From the NCBI RefSeq assembly GCF_006345805.1, contig NC_043006.1, positions 6,138,001 to 6,202,000 on the forward strand: a stretch of DNA of 64,000 nucleotides, given 5' to 3'. Shown here one piece after another: positions 51,230 through 61,652 of the stretch. The translations under genes and the position numbers were made by a program. The notes below the pieces were generated by a model, which worked only from the letters and a program-made list of their open reading frames with translations, was not told the origin of the DNA and ran no database searches. This DNA comes from Octopus sinensis. Lineage: Eukaryota. Position 1 is the first letter of the stretch. Every line of letters starts with the position of its first letter.

Positions 51230-51457
51230 TTAACCCTTTCGTTACCGTATTTATTTTGAGATGCTCTGTGTTTCTTTCAATTATTTTTAATATAACAAGG
51301 AATTTAGTAAACTAGCCTAGTTATCATTAAGCTAGTATTAGGAACATAAGTTGTGACTAAAGTTTGGTGGAAGATTTTAATTCAAAACTTATGAAAACAA
51401 GACATTTGTACTCAAAGCCAGAGCCGGTTTCAGCCAGGTTGATAACAAAAGGGTTAA
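51230..51457. mobile_element. piggyBac-like MITE (TTAA ends)
   Basis: TTAACCCTTTCGTTACC...GATAACAAAAGGGTTAA; homologous to 19628-19857. Confidence 0.8.
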
Positions 51458-51735
51458 TGATGTGGTAGCCTCAGTGACTCTCTCAGAATATCAGTGTAGG
51501 GGAAGATAGGTATTCATGGTGGCTCTCCTGTGTTAAAAAGAAAATGAGTTAGACCTTTGCTACAAGGCTACAAAGAGGTAATAGTGATTCTTGCTGTAGC
51601 TTCAAATACTTCTACCAGAACCAACAATTAACTTTATCACTCTAGAAAACTTCCTTCAATCCATAGTTATGCCTATGTATAAATGACTTCACCTGTAATT
51701 ATAAATTGGGAAATTGTTTGTTTTGTTATTTCTAG

Positions 51736-51831
51736 CCTGATGAACAAGAAGTAATTACATTTCTTCTTACAACTGAAATAATCCCTCTCTGCTTGCGAAT
51801 AATGGAGTCAGGAAGCGAATTATCTAAGACT
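51736..51831 (+). CDS. CNOT9: CNOT9 coding exon 6
   Basis: ttctag|CCT...ACT|gtgagt; encodes [32 protein letters not shown]. Confidence 0.97.
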
Positions 51832-53316
51832 GTGAGTAATTTTTCATTTTCATCAATAAAGCCATTTCCTCCTCTGCTACAACTCCACTCAACTGAAGGG
51901 AGCTTCTTTTTTGTCTTGTATGTTACTTGGTCACCTTAATAGTATCAATGTCAAAAAAAAAAATGCATCCAGTAACTCTATAGTAAGATTGGTATTAGGG
52001 AGAGCATCCAGCTGTAGAGACCATGCCAAAGCAAACATTGGAACTCGACAATGATGTGGATCATTGGATTCCGTCAAACTGCCCAACTCATGCCAGCATA
52101 GAAAACTATTAAATGATGTGCCGCTGGACTGGCTCCTGTGCAGGTGGCACATAAAAAGCACTATTTGGGCATGGCCGTTGCCAGTACCACCAAACTGGTC
52201 CTCGTGCCGGTGGCACATAAAAGCACCCACTGCACTCTCGGAGTGGTTGGCGTTAGGAAGGGCATCCAGCTGTAGAAACTCTGCCAGATCAGATTGGAGT
52301 CTGGTTCGCCAGACCTCAGTCCAATCGTCCAACCCATGCTAGCATAGAAAGCGGACGTTAAATGATGATGATGACTGTGCCCTGCAAAAGGGCTTATTTT
52401 CTTAAGGTTGAGCTACCAATATTGTCGTTCTCTTGACTTTCTAACAAATTTTCTGATTAAACTTGAAAGAGAGAAAAAAACTTACTTTATAGGGAAACAA
52501 TAAGATTCAGCGATTATTTACTTATTTATTCTTAACACATCTAAGCAGGTTTGGACACAAAATATGCTGGCTGCTGTAGTGTGATAGGAGAATAACTTCT
52601 CTCTTTTACTAGTGTGTTCAACCTACTCAGCTCATTAGCATATGGCATTTTTGGGCACCGGTGTTTCAACATGTTGCATCTCATCAGACAAAAGCAGTGA
52701 GAACTCTGAGCCTAAACAAATTGCTTGCTGTTAGGCGCTTATATTTGCCAACTAATAAAAAATCGTTGTTTGTGCTGTGTTCAAGAACATTTATTCTGTA
52801 GTTCTCTGCCCTTAACACTAATGACCACTTCAATCAACTTCTATTGGACTCAACCAGAGTTAACTAACACAGCAAATCTTTGTTAAAACACAGTGCTATT
52901 GTAGTATTCCTAACAGCAACTATTATAAGATTTATAGTTGCTCATTTGGTCATTTTTATACTTAGTTAAAGAATTACCATTCTAATTATCCCAAGAAACA
53001 TCATCAGGCAGATAACTGGTATAAACAAGCGTTCTCTGTTATAATTTCTTTTTTCTAGTTTGTCTCTTATCTCTTTTGTTAGTGTTCCTTTCTCACAGGA
53101 ACCAATATTTTTATCTTTTTTTTTTGCATAAAATTAGCATATAAATTAATTCATTGAATTCCAAATCAAATTATTTCATCAAAGTAATTTTCTTTAACAT
53201 TAATTAGTGATAAATTTTAATATTTTTGTTGCTCCAGGATTATCTTTTTACATTACACTAACAAACTATATCTCACATGAAAATTATCTTAGAAACAACT
53301 ATATATATATATATAT

Positions 53317-53930
53317 GGAGGCACAACGGCCCAGTGGTTAGGGCAGCGGACTTGTGGTCGTAGGATCGCAGTTTCAATTCCCAGACCGAGCGTTGTGAGT
53401 GTTTATTGATCAAAAATACCTAAAGCTCCACGAGGCTTTGGCAGGGGGTGGTGGCAATCCCTGCTGTACTCTTTCGCCACAATTTTCTCTCACTCTTCTG
53501 TTGGCCTGCTCGCTTCGCCAGCAGGGTGGCATCATTTGAAGGCTAAAACAATGCGAAGTGCATTGTGGCCAGCGATGTGTAGCAACATCTGATAGCCTGG
53601 TCGGTCATGGTGAGAAATATATATATATATATGGAGGCACAACGGCCCAGTGGTTAGGGCAGCGGACTTGTGGTCGTAGGATCGCAGTTTCGATTCCCAG
53701 ACCGAGCGTTGTGAGTGTTTATTGATCAAAAATACCTAAAGCTCCACGAGGCTTTGGCAGGGGGTGGTGGCGATCCCTGCTGTACTCTTTCGCCACAATT
53801 TTCTCTCACTCTTCTGTTGGCCTGCTCGCTTCGCCAGCAGGGTGGCATCATTTGAAGGCTAAAACAATGCGAAGTGCATTGTGGCCAGCGATGTGTAGCA
53901 ACATCTGATAGCCTGGTCGGTCATGGTGAG
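53317..53930 (+). mobile_element. tandem pair of tRNA-derived SINEs (head A + tail X)
   Basis: Two almost identical 316-bp units starting at 53317 and 53633, separated and flanked by (TA)n. Confidence 0.85.
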
Positions 53931-54131
53931 AAATATATATATATATATATATAATTATGTTGGTCTTTTTTATAAAACCATAACTTACAATGTGCTGTCA
54001 TTAATTTTCTATAAAAACTTCTATTCGTTTTTTATTACCAATGTATTATTTCAAATAAGAATTCACAGGTAATAAGATTACCAACTGGTGCTGAAATTGC
54101 ATATTTTCTCCCTCTCTTTTTCTCTTTACAG

Positions 54132-54230
54132 GTTGCTACTTTCATACTACAAAAAATTCTCCTAGATGAAACGGGTTTGTCTTATATTTGTCAAACATAC
54201 GAAAGGTTCTCACACGTTGCCATGATCTTG
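54132..54230 (+). CDS. CNOT9: CNOT9 coding exon 7
   Basis: ttacag|GTT...TTG|gtaaga; encodes [33 protein letters not shown]. Confidence 0.97.
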
Positions 54231-55340
54231 GTAAGATTCATTTTTCTTTAGTGTGTTGGCATTTACAGCTTCATGAAAGCTCTTGACCATTCTTTTAACT
54301 CTGCAGTGAATTATGTAGATAGTACAATGGGTTTGATGTGGCTGCGTGTCATGTTATCACAAGAGTTCACACAGAGATGAAAGATTGAATACAAGATCTA
54401 TACATTTCCTTCATAAAAATATATTTAATTCTTCTTTCGATGATAATTCATAGAATCAGATTGTAGTGGCTACTTCAACGAGATAATCTTGTGCAAGAAA
54501 GTGCAGAGATAGGAAGTGTAGAACAACAGTGAAGTTGTGGCCTTCAGTCATATCTGCTATGAAGCGTAGAGAAATAGATGGACATAGCAATGATGTGAAT
54601 GGCTCTAAGTCTAATCGACTGAGAAGGGAAAAGCTGGGTTAGCAAACTGTTTTTATTAATGGTATGCTAGACATTCTAGAAAATTCCGAAAGAAATGCCA
54701 AGCTTCTTGAATAATTAAGAATTAGGTTTTGTGACCTTGATGCTTCAAGAAACTTAGAATAAAGAAGGTTACTCTATAATCTTTCTTGCAAGGGAGATCA
54801 TTCAACTACCTATCTACCGCTACAACTCTTTAGCATTCTGATTACTCTATCAAACCATCATCATCATCATCATCGTTTAATGTCCGCTTTCCATGCTAGC
54901 ATGGGTTGGATGGTTTGACTGGGCTGATGAACCAGATGGCTGCACCAGGCTCCAGTCTTGATCTGGCAGAGTTTCTACAGCTGGATGCCTTTCCTAACGC
55001 CAACCACTCCAAGAGTGTAGTGGGTGCTTTTATGTGCCACCGGCACGGGAGCCAGTCAGGCGGTACTGTCCAACCCATGCCAGCAGGGAAAGCAGACGTT
55101 AAAGGATGACAATGATGATGACACTTTCATTTACATTTTAACATATGTATCATCATAATCATCATAATTTATCATCTCTTTTTCGTGCTGTCATGGGCTG
55201 AATGATTTGACAGGCTCCAGTGAACCATAGAACTTCGTCAAGCTCTGTCTGTTGCAGTGTGGTTTCTATGTCTGGATACCCTTCCTAAAAACAACCATTT
55301 TACAGAGTATATTGAGTTTTCTTGTGACACCAGCATAAGA

Positions 55341-58036
55341 GCTCAAAATCTCTTGTGGAAGCGCCATCCAACCAAAATGTAAATATATGGGAAACTACCA
55401 CCTGTGTCATCTCTTGTGAAAGGTAGGAGAGTCCAGTTTGCTGGACATTGTTGTAGAGCTGAAAACGAGGTAATTTCTACTCTTCTCCTCTGGAAGCCAT
55501 CTACTCGCAATACCAGAGGGCGCACACTCTCCTACCCTGATGTAATCTCCAGGGATACAGGCATCCAGCAACAGGACCTCCGTAATGCTATGATGGACCG
55601 TGAAGTCTGGCGTAGCATGGTAAATTCCATTGTCTCGACCACGGTTGCGATACCAGAGGGCGCACACTCTCCTACCCTGATGTAATCTCCAGGGATACAG
55701 GCATCCAGCAACAGGACCTCCGTAATGCTATGATGGACCGTGAAGTCTGGCGTAGCATGGTAAATTCCATTGTCTCGACCACGGTTGCGATACCAGAGGG
55801 CGCACACTCTCCTACCCTGATGTAATCTCCAGGATACAGGCATCCAGCAACAGGACCTCCATAATGCTATGATGGACCGTGAAGTCTGGCGTAGCATGGT
55901 AAATTCCATTGTCTCGACCACGGTTGCGATACCAGAGGGCGCACACTCTCCTAGCCTGATGTAATCTCCAGGGATACAGGCATCCAGCAACAGGACCTCC
56001 ATAATGCTATGATGGACCGTGAAGTCTGGCGTAGCATGGTAAATTCCATTGTCTCGACCACGGTTGCGATACCAGAGGGCGCACACTCTCCTACCCTGAT
56101 GTAATCCCAGGGATACAGGCATCCAGCAACAGGACTCCATAATGCTATGATGGACCGTGAAGTCTGGCGTAGCATGGTAAATTCCATTGTCTCGACCACG
56201 GTTGCGATACCAGAGGGCGCACACTCTCCTACCCTGATGTAATCTCCAGGGATACAGGCATCCAGCAACAGGACCTCCGTAATGCTATGATGGACCGTGA
56301 AGTCTGGCGTAGCATGGTAAATTCCATTGTCTCGACCACGGTTGCGATACCAGAGGGCGCACACTCTCCTACCCTGATGTAATCTCCAGGGATACAGGCA
56401 TCCAGCAACAGGACCTCCGTAATGCTATGATGGACCGTGAAGTCTGGCGTAGCATGGTAAATTCCATTGTCTCGACCACGGTTGCGATACCAGAGGGCGC
56501 ACACTCTCCTACCCTGATGTAATCTCAGGGATACAGGCATCCAGCAACAGGACCTCCATAATGCTATGATGGACCGTGAAGTCTGGCATAGCATGGTAAA
56601 TTCCATTGTCTCGACCACGGTTGCGATACAGAGGGCGCACACTCTCCTACCCTGATGTAATCTCCAGGGATACAGGCATCCAGCAACAGGACCTCCATAA
56701 TGCTATGATGGACCGTGAAGTCTGGCGTAGCATGGTAAATTCCATTGTCTCGACCAACGGTTGCGATACCAGAGGGCGCACACTCTCCTACCCTGATGTA
56801 ATCTCCAGGGATACAGGCATCCAGCAACAGGACCTCCATAATGCTATGATGGACCGTGAAGTCTGGCGTAGCATGGTAAATTCCATTGTCTCGACCACGG
56901 TTGCGATACCAGAGGGCGCACACTCTCCTACCCTGATGTAATCTCCAGGGATACAGCATCCAGCAACAGGACCTCCGTAATGCTATGATGGACCGTGAAG
57001 TCTGGCGTAGCATGGTAAATTCCATTGTCTCGACCACGGTTGCGATACCAGAGGGCGCACACTCTCCTACCCTGATGTAATCTCCAGGGATACAGGCATC
57101 CAGCAACAGGACCTCCGTAATGCTATGATGGACCGTGAAGTCTGGCGTAGCATGGTAAATTCCATTGTCTCGACCACGGTTGCGATACCAGAGGGCGCAC
57201 ACTCTCCTACCCTGATGTAATCTCCAGGGATACAGGCATCCAGCAACAGGACCTCCATAATGCTATGATGGACCGTGAAGTCTGGCGTAGCATGGTAAAT
57301 TCCATTGTCTCGACCACGGTTGCGATACCAGAGGGCGCACACTCTCCTACCCTGATGTAATCTCCAGGGATACAGGCATCCAGCAACAGGACCTCCGTAA
57401 TGCTATGATGGACCGTGAAGTCTGGCGTAGCATGGTAAATTCCATTGTCTCGACCACGGTTGCGATACCAGAGGGCGCACACTCTCCTACCCTGATGTAA
57501 TCTCCAGGGATACAGGCATCCAGCAACAGGACCTCCATAATGCTATGATGGACCGTGAAGTCTGGCGTAGCATGGTAAATTCCATTGTCTCGACCACGGT
57601 TGCGATACCAGAGTGCGCACACTCTCCTACCCTGATGTAATCTCCAGGGATACAGGCATCCAGCAACAGGACCTCCATAATGCTATGATGGACCGTGAAG
57701 TCTGGCATAGCATGGTAAATTCCATTGTCTCGACCACGGTTGCGATACCAGAGGGCGCACACTCTCCTACCCTGATGTAATCTCCAGGGATACAGGCATC
57801 CAGCAACAGGACCTCCATAATGCTATGATGGACCGTGAAGTCTGGCGTAGCATGGTAAATTCCATTGTCTAGACCACGGTTGCGATACCAGAGGGCGCAC
57901 ACTCTCCTACCCTGATGTAATCTACAGGGATACAGGCATCCAGCAACAGGACCTCCATAATGCTATGATGGACCATGAAGTCTGGCGTAGCATGGTAAAT
58001 TCCATTGTCTCGACCACGGTGGAACAATGATGATGA
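55341..58036 (+). mobile_element. RTE-type LINE 3' fragment whose last 140 nt are tandemly amplified; (TGA)n tail only after the last unit
   Basis: Encodes WKRHPT...RRVQFAGHCCRAENEVISTLLLW...AMMDREVWR; ends ACGGTGGAACAATGATGATGA. Confidence 0.85.
55507..58020 (+). repeat. tandem array of 18 x 140 bp
   Basis: TACCAGAGGGCGCAC recurs (with single-base variants in two units) at 55511, 55651, 55791, 55930, 56070, 56208, 56348, 56488, 56627, 56767, 56907, 57046, 57186, 57326, 57466, 57606, 57746 and 57886. Confidence 0.97.
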
Positions 58037-58594
58037 GTACAAGTAACTCGCAAAACAAGGCCCCTTGACAGAGTCAGGTGTCATATTGTGAGAGGTGACT
58101 TTGTACCAAATTTTGAGAGGCTAAACTGTGATACAGGGTTAGGAATATGTATCCTGCTGTGGAGGATACATGGGTGCCCCTGCTAAAAAGGGAGAATGGT
58201 GGTGATGAGGTATCAGGATGTATCCTCAAGGTACAAGAAGATGGATATAAATGGGAATAGGAAAATTGGATCTGGGATGGGCATATTTGCACGAGTGAAA
58301 GGAGAGTGACAGATGGTTAGAAGTGGGTGACCATCATCATCATTTAACGTCCGCTTTCCATGCTAGCATGGGTTGGACGATTTTGATTGAGGGCTGGCGA
58401 ACCAGACGGCTGCACCAGGCTCCAATCTTGATCTGGCAGAGTTTCTACAGCTGGATGCCCTTCATAGTGTCAACCACTTTGAGAGTGTAGTGGGTGCTTT
58501 TTACGTGCCATCTCTCTATATATATCTGTGTGTTTGTGTATTTATGTCTATATGTACCTATCAGATATTTTAGTGTGAAATAAATTATTTTCAG

Positions 58595-58686
58595 GGTAAG
58601 ATGGTCCTTCATTTATCAAAAGATCCTTCTGCAAGGCTGCTCAAGCATGTTGTTCGCTGTTATCTACGACTTTCTGACAATCCACG
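58595..58686 (+). CDS. CNOT9: CNOT9 coding exon 8
   Basis: tttcag|GGT...CCA CG|gtgagg; encodes [30 protein letters not shown]. Confidence 0.97.
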
Positions 58687-59867
58687 GTGAGGTTTTACTT
58701 TAAGATACTGATTTTTCTTTTTTTCCCTACTAATTTCCTAACTTTTCTGCAATGGTACTTTATCAAAATGAATTTGCCTTATAGGCTTGATACATGGTTA
58801 AGATCCTTAATTGTTTTTTTTTTTTGTTTGCTTAGCTATGGAGTTTATTTGTATCTTTATGGGTTTTGAACATTTATTTAGTTATTTCTTCTTGAAGAGA
58901 AATTTCCTCAAGCTATGTCAGAACATGAAACATCATCATCATCGTTTAACGTCTGTTTCCCATGCTAGCATGGGTTGGACTTTTCGAATAGGGTCTGGTA
59001 AGCCATGAAGGCTGCACCAGGCTCCAGTCTGATCTGGCAGCGTTTCTACAGCTGGATGCCCTTCCTAACACCAACCACTCTGAGTGTAGTGGGTGCTTTT
59101 TACGTGCCACCGAACGGGCCAGTGGAGGCTGGCAAACGGCCACAATCAGATGGTGCTTTTACGTGTCACCGACACAGACGCCAGTCAGGCGGCGCTGGCA
59201 TCGGCCATGTTCGGACGGTGCTAACCTTCTGCAATTCACACTTAACATACATACAAAGTTGTCACAAGTAACTTTACCTTGAGATTAATGCTGGGACAGG
59301 TAGTAAGAAGTAGACAAAATTAGATATGGGGAAATTCCAGCTCATATTTAACTCTCTGTGTAATTGTAAGGCAATGATATAGCAGTTCTCTATTTGTCTC
59401 AGATCAAAACTTGGAGATTATTTATTACAGAATACATTTATTTCATTGTGAACAGGTTTCACTCCAGAATAGGAAATTTTTCATCTGCATAAGAACCAAG
59501 TTAATTGTTTAGCTATTGCTGTTTTAATATTTAGATATCTACTGTTGAATACATTTTTTTTTTCTTCTTCCCCTTTTAAGATCCCTTTTGATCGAAAACC
59601 TACCCCACTTTTTTTTTTCTTTCCCCTAAAAAGAAAAGCTCTACTTTGTAATCTGTCCCGTCTGTATGCAGCCCCGTGTGGCTAATAAAGAAACATATTT
59701 CATTGTGAATAGGTTTCACTCCAGAATAGGAAATATTTCATCTGCATAAGAACCAAGTTGTTTAGCTATAGATGTGAATAACTGTAAATACCCCCCCCCC
59801 CAATGATTATTTGTATTGTGTTTATGTTTAAAATCAATTAAAATTTTGTTTTTTCTATATACTGTAG

Positions 59868-60036
59868 AGCCAGAGAAGCCCTTAGACAGTGTCTTCCAGA
59901 TCAACTTAAAGACTCCACATTTGCAAACATCCTCAGTACTGATGCACATACCAAGCGCTGGTTAATGAATCTCCAGTCTAACCTCGAAACTGCCAGCGTC
60001 CCAGACCCACGTGGGATGCCCTTGCATACCCAATGA
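59868..60036 (+). CDS. CNOT9: CNOT9 coding exon 9 (stop)
   Basis: ctgtag|A GCC...CAA TGA; encodes (R)[55 protein letters not shown]. Total CDS is 927 nt (308 aa). Confidence 0.96.
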
Positions 60037-60161
60037 CTATTACCGAACAGTGAGATTATTTCCACACCTAGTCAACACGAGAACTTCGGCTGAATTGACT
60101 CTTAAAGCCCTATTATTCATTAATCATCTCCGTTTCATTGATTGCCATTAGTGCATACATC

Positions 60162-60167
60162 AATAAA
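60162..60167 (+). terminator. candidate CNOT9 polyadenylation signal AATAAA
   Basis: First AATAAA after the stop (125 nt downstream), followed by T-rich sequence. Confidence 0.45.
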
Positions 60168-60335
60168 GACTTGTATGCATGCTTTTTCAAAATCCTTTGG
60201 CCTTGATCTCAATTTATCAGTGCCAATTACAGAAATATTTCTCCTAATCCGTGGTGTTACTGAGCATTGCCAAAGTTTATTTTAGTTAAGATGTTATATT
60301 CCCTTAATTACTGTTATCATCAAACATTTTGTGTA

Positions 60336-60383
<48 letters not shown>

Positions 60384-60559
60384 GTATTAATAAATTTATT
60401 TATTTCATCAAATTTGTCAAATTAGTAGATGGAATATCATGTAATGCTTTCTGAATGAAAAAATCTGAATTTTGACTTGTATAGTTTAATCCTGAAATAT
60501 TTACACATTTCTATGCAATTTATATTGTTAGAATTATGAGGTCGCTGCACTCTTATTTA

Positions 60560-61280
60560 TATAATAATAATGAAATTATTGTGTATAATGCTCAGGTGCA
60601 CTACAACTCATCAAAGGTGCGTGTACAGTACATAGAATTATGTAAAAAAAAGTCAGGAAAGTGAACATTGTATGAGTCATGATATACATGTGTGCATGCG
60701 TATGGAGTGGAGGATATCAGGTGTAGCGTTGGTAAATTTCAGGAAGCATTGGAGGTTTTAAAAGATGCAATGTCTCAGCAACTAACAGCTGATGCAGGTA
60801 GTTTGTTCCATGCTTCAACAACTCTGAGTGTGAAAATACGTTTCCGAAAGTCATGGGAGCTGTGTTGTTTTCTCACTTTGTAGGCATGCCCACATGTGTG
60901 TTAGACACATGGAGCTCAAAAAGATGCACAAGGTGATTGTTGGCACGATGGTTAATAATTTTGTGGATGTTTACCATGTCAGTTGCCAATGTCAGAGCTT
61001 CAGTGTATCTATGCTAGCAAAGCAAGGCATTCAGAGTATGGGAGATGCCTGATGGGGGGGGGGGGTATTTGCTTGTTTTCAAGTATCTGAAGTTTCTAGG
61101 AGGTCAATGTCCTGAGCAAGATAGTGGTTCCAGTCTGGTGATGCAAATTCCATGTGTGGCCACATCATAGTCATATACAGCCTTAAATAGATAGCTGGAG
61201 AGTGGCTGACAAAGGTCTTGCTGCATGATGCCAAGACACCCACAGCCTCTTGAAAATTTTAGAGATGTGCTTTGCTTGTC
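60560..61280 (-). mobile_element. degraded CR1 LINE 3' part, same family as 3745-4645
   Basis: Reverse complement shares GTTGAAGCATGGAACAAACT, CATGACTCAT and TGCACCTGAGCA, plus a (TTA)n tail. Confidence 0.8.
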
Positions 61281-61295
61281 TACCTACAATAGATA

Positions 61296-61652
61296 GGAGG
61301 CGCAATGGCCCAGTGGTTAGGACAGCGGACTCGCGGTTTCGATTCCCAGACCGGGCGTTGTGAGTGTTTACTCAGCGAAAACACCTAAAAGCTCCACGAG
61401 GCTCCGGCAGGGGATGGTGGTGATCCCTGCTGTACTCTTTCACCACAACTTTCTCTCACTCTTGCTTCCTGTTTCTGTTGTACCTGTATTTCAAAGGGCC
61501 GGCCTTGTCACGCTGAATATCCCCGAGAACTACGTTAACGGTACACGTGTCTGTGGAGTGCTCAGCCACTTACACGTTAATTTCACGAGCAGGCTGTTCC
61601 ATTGATTCGTATCAACCGGAACCCTTATCGTCGTAACCGACGGAGTGCTTCC
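61296..61652 (+). mobile_element. tRNA-derived SINE (head A + tail Y)
   Basis: Head as in 53317 (GGCCCAGTGGTTAG...CCTAAAAGCTCCACGAGG); tail as in 26945 (GTACCTGTATTTCAAAGGGCC...CGTAACCGAC). Confidence 0.82.

Noticed and set aside
53317-53390. tRNA genes at SINE heads (also 26945, 50015, 61296)
   Set aside because: They have A/B boxes but continue into SINE bodies and lack a complete cloverleaf acceptor stem.
55530-55570. CCCTGATGTAATCTCCAGGG in the 140-bp unit as a hammerhead/retrozyme core
   Set aside because: It reads CTGATGT rather than CTGANGA and the unit has no GAAA box; the sequence is LINE coding sequence.
55507-58020. Array as a CRISPR-like locus or repeat-protein gene (many 91-230 aa ORFs)
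   Set aside because: There are no unique spacers, the context is a eukaryotic intron, and 140 is not a multiple of 3. The ORFs are by-products of the repeat.
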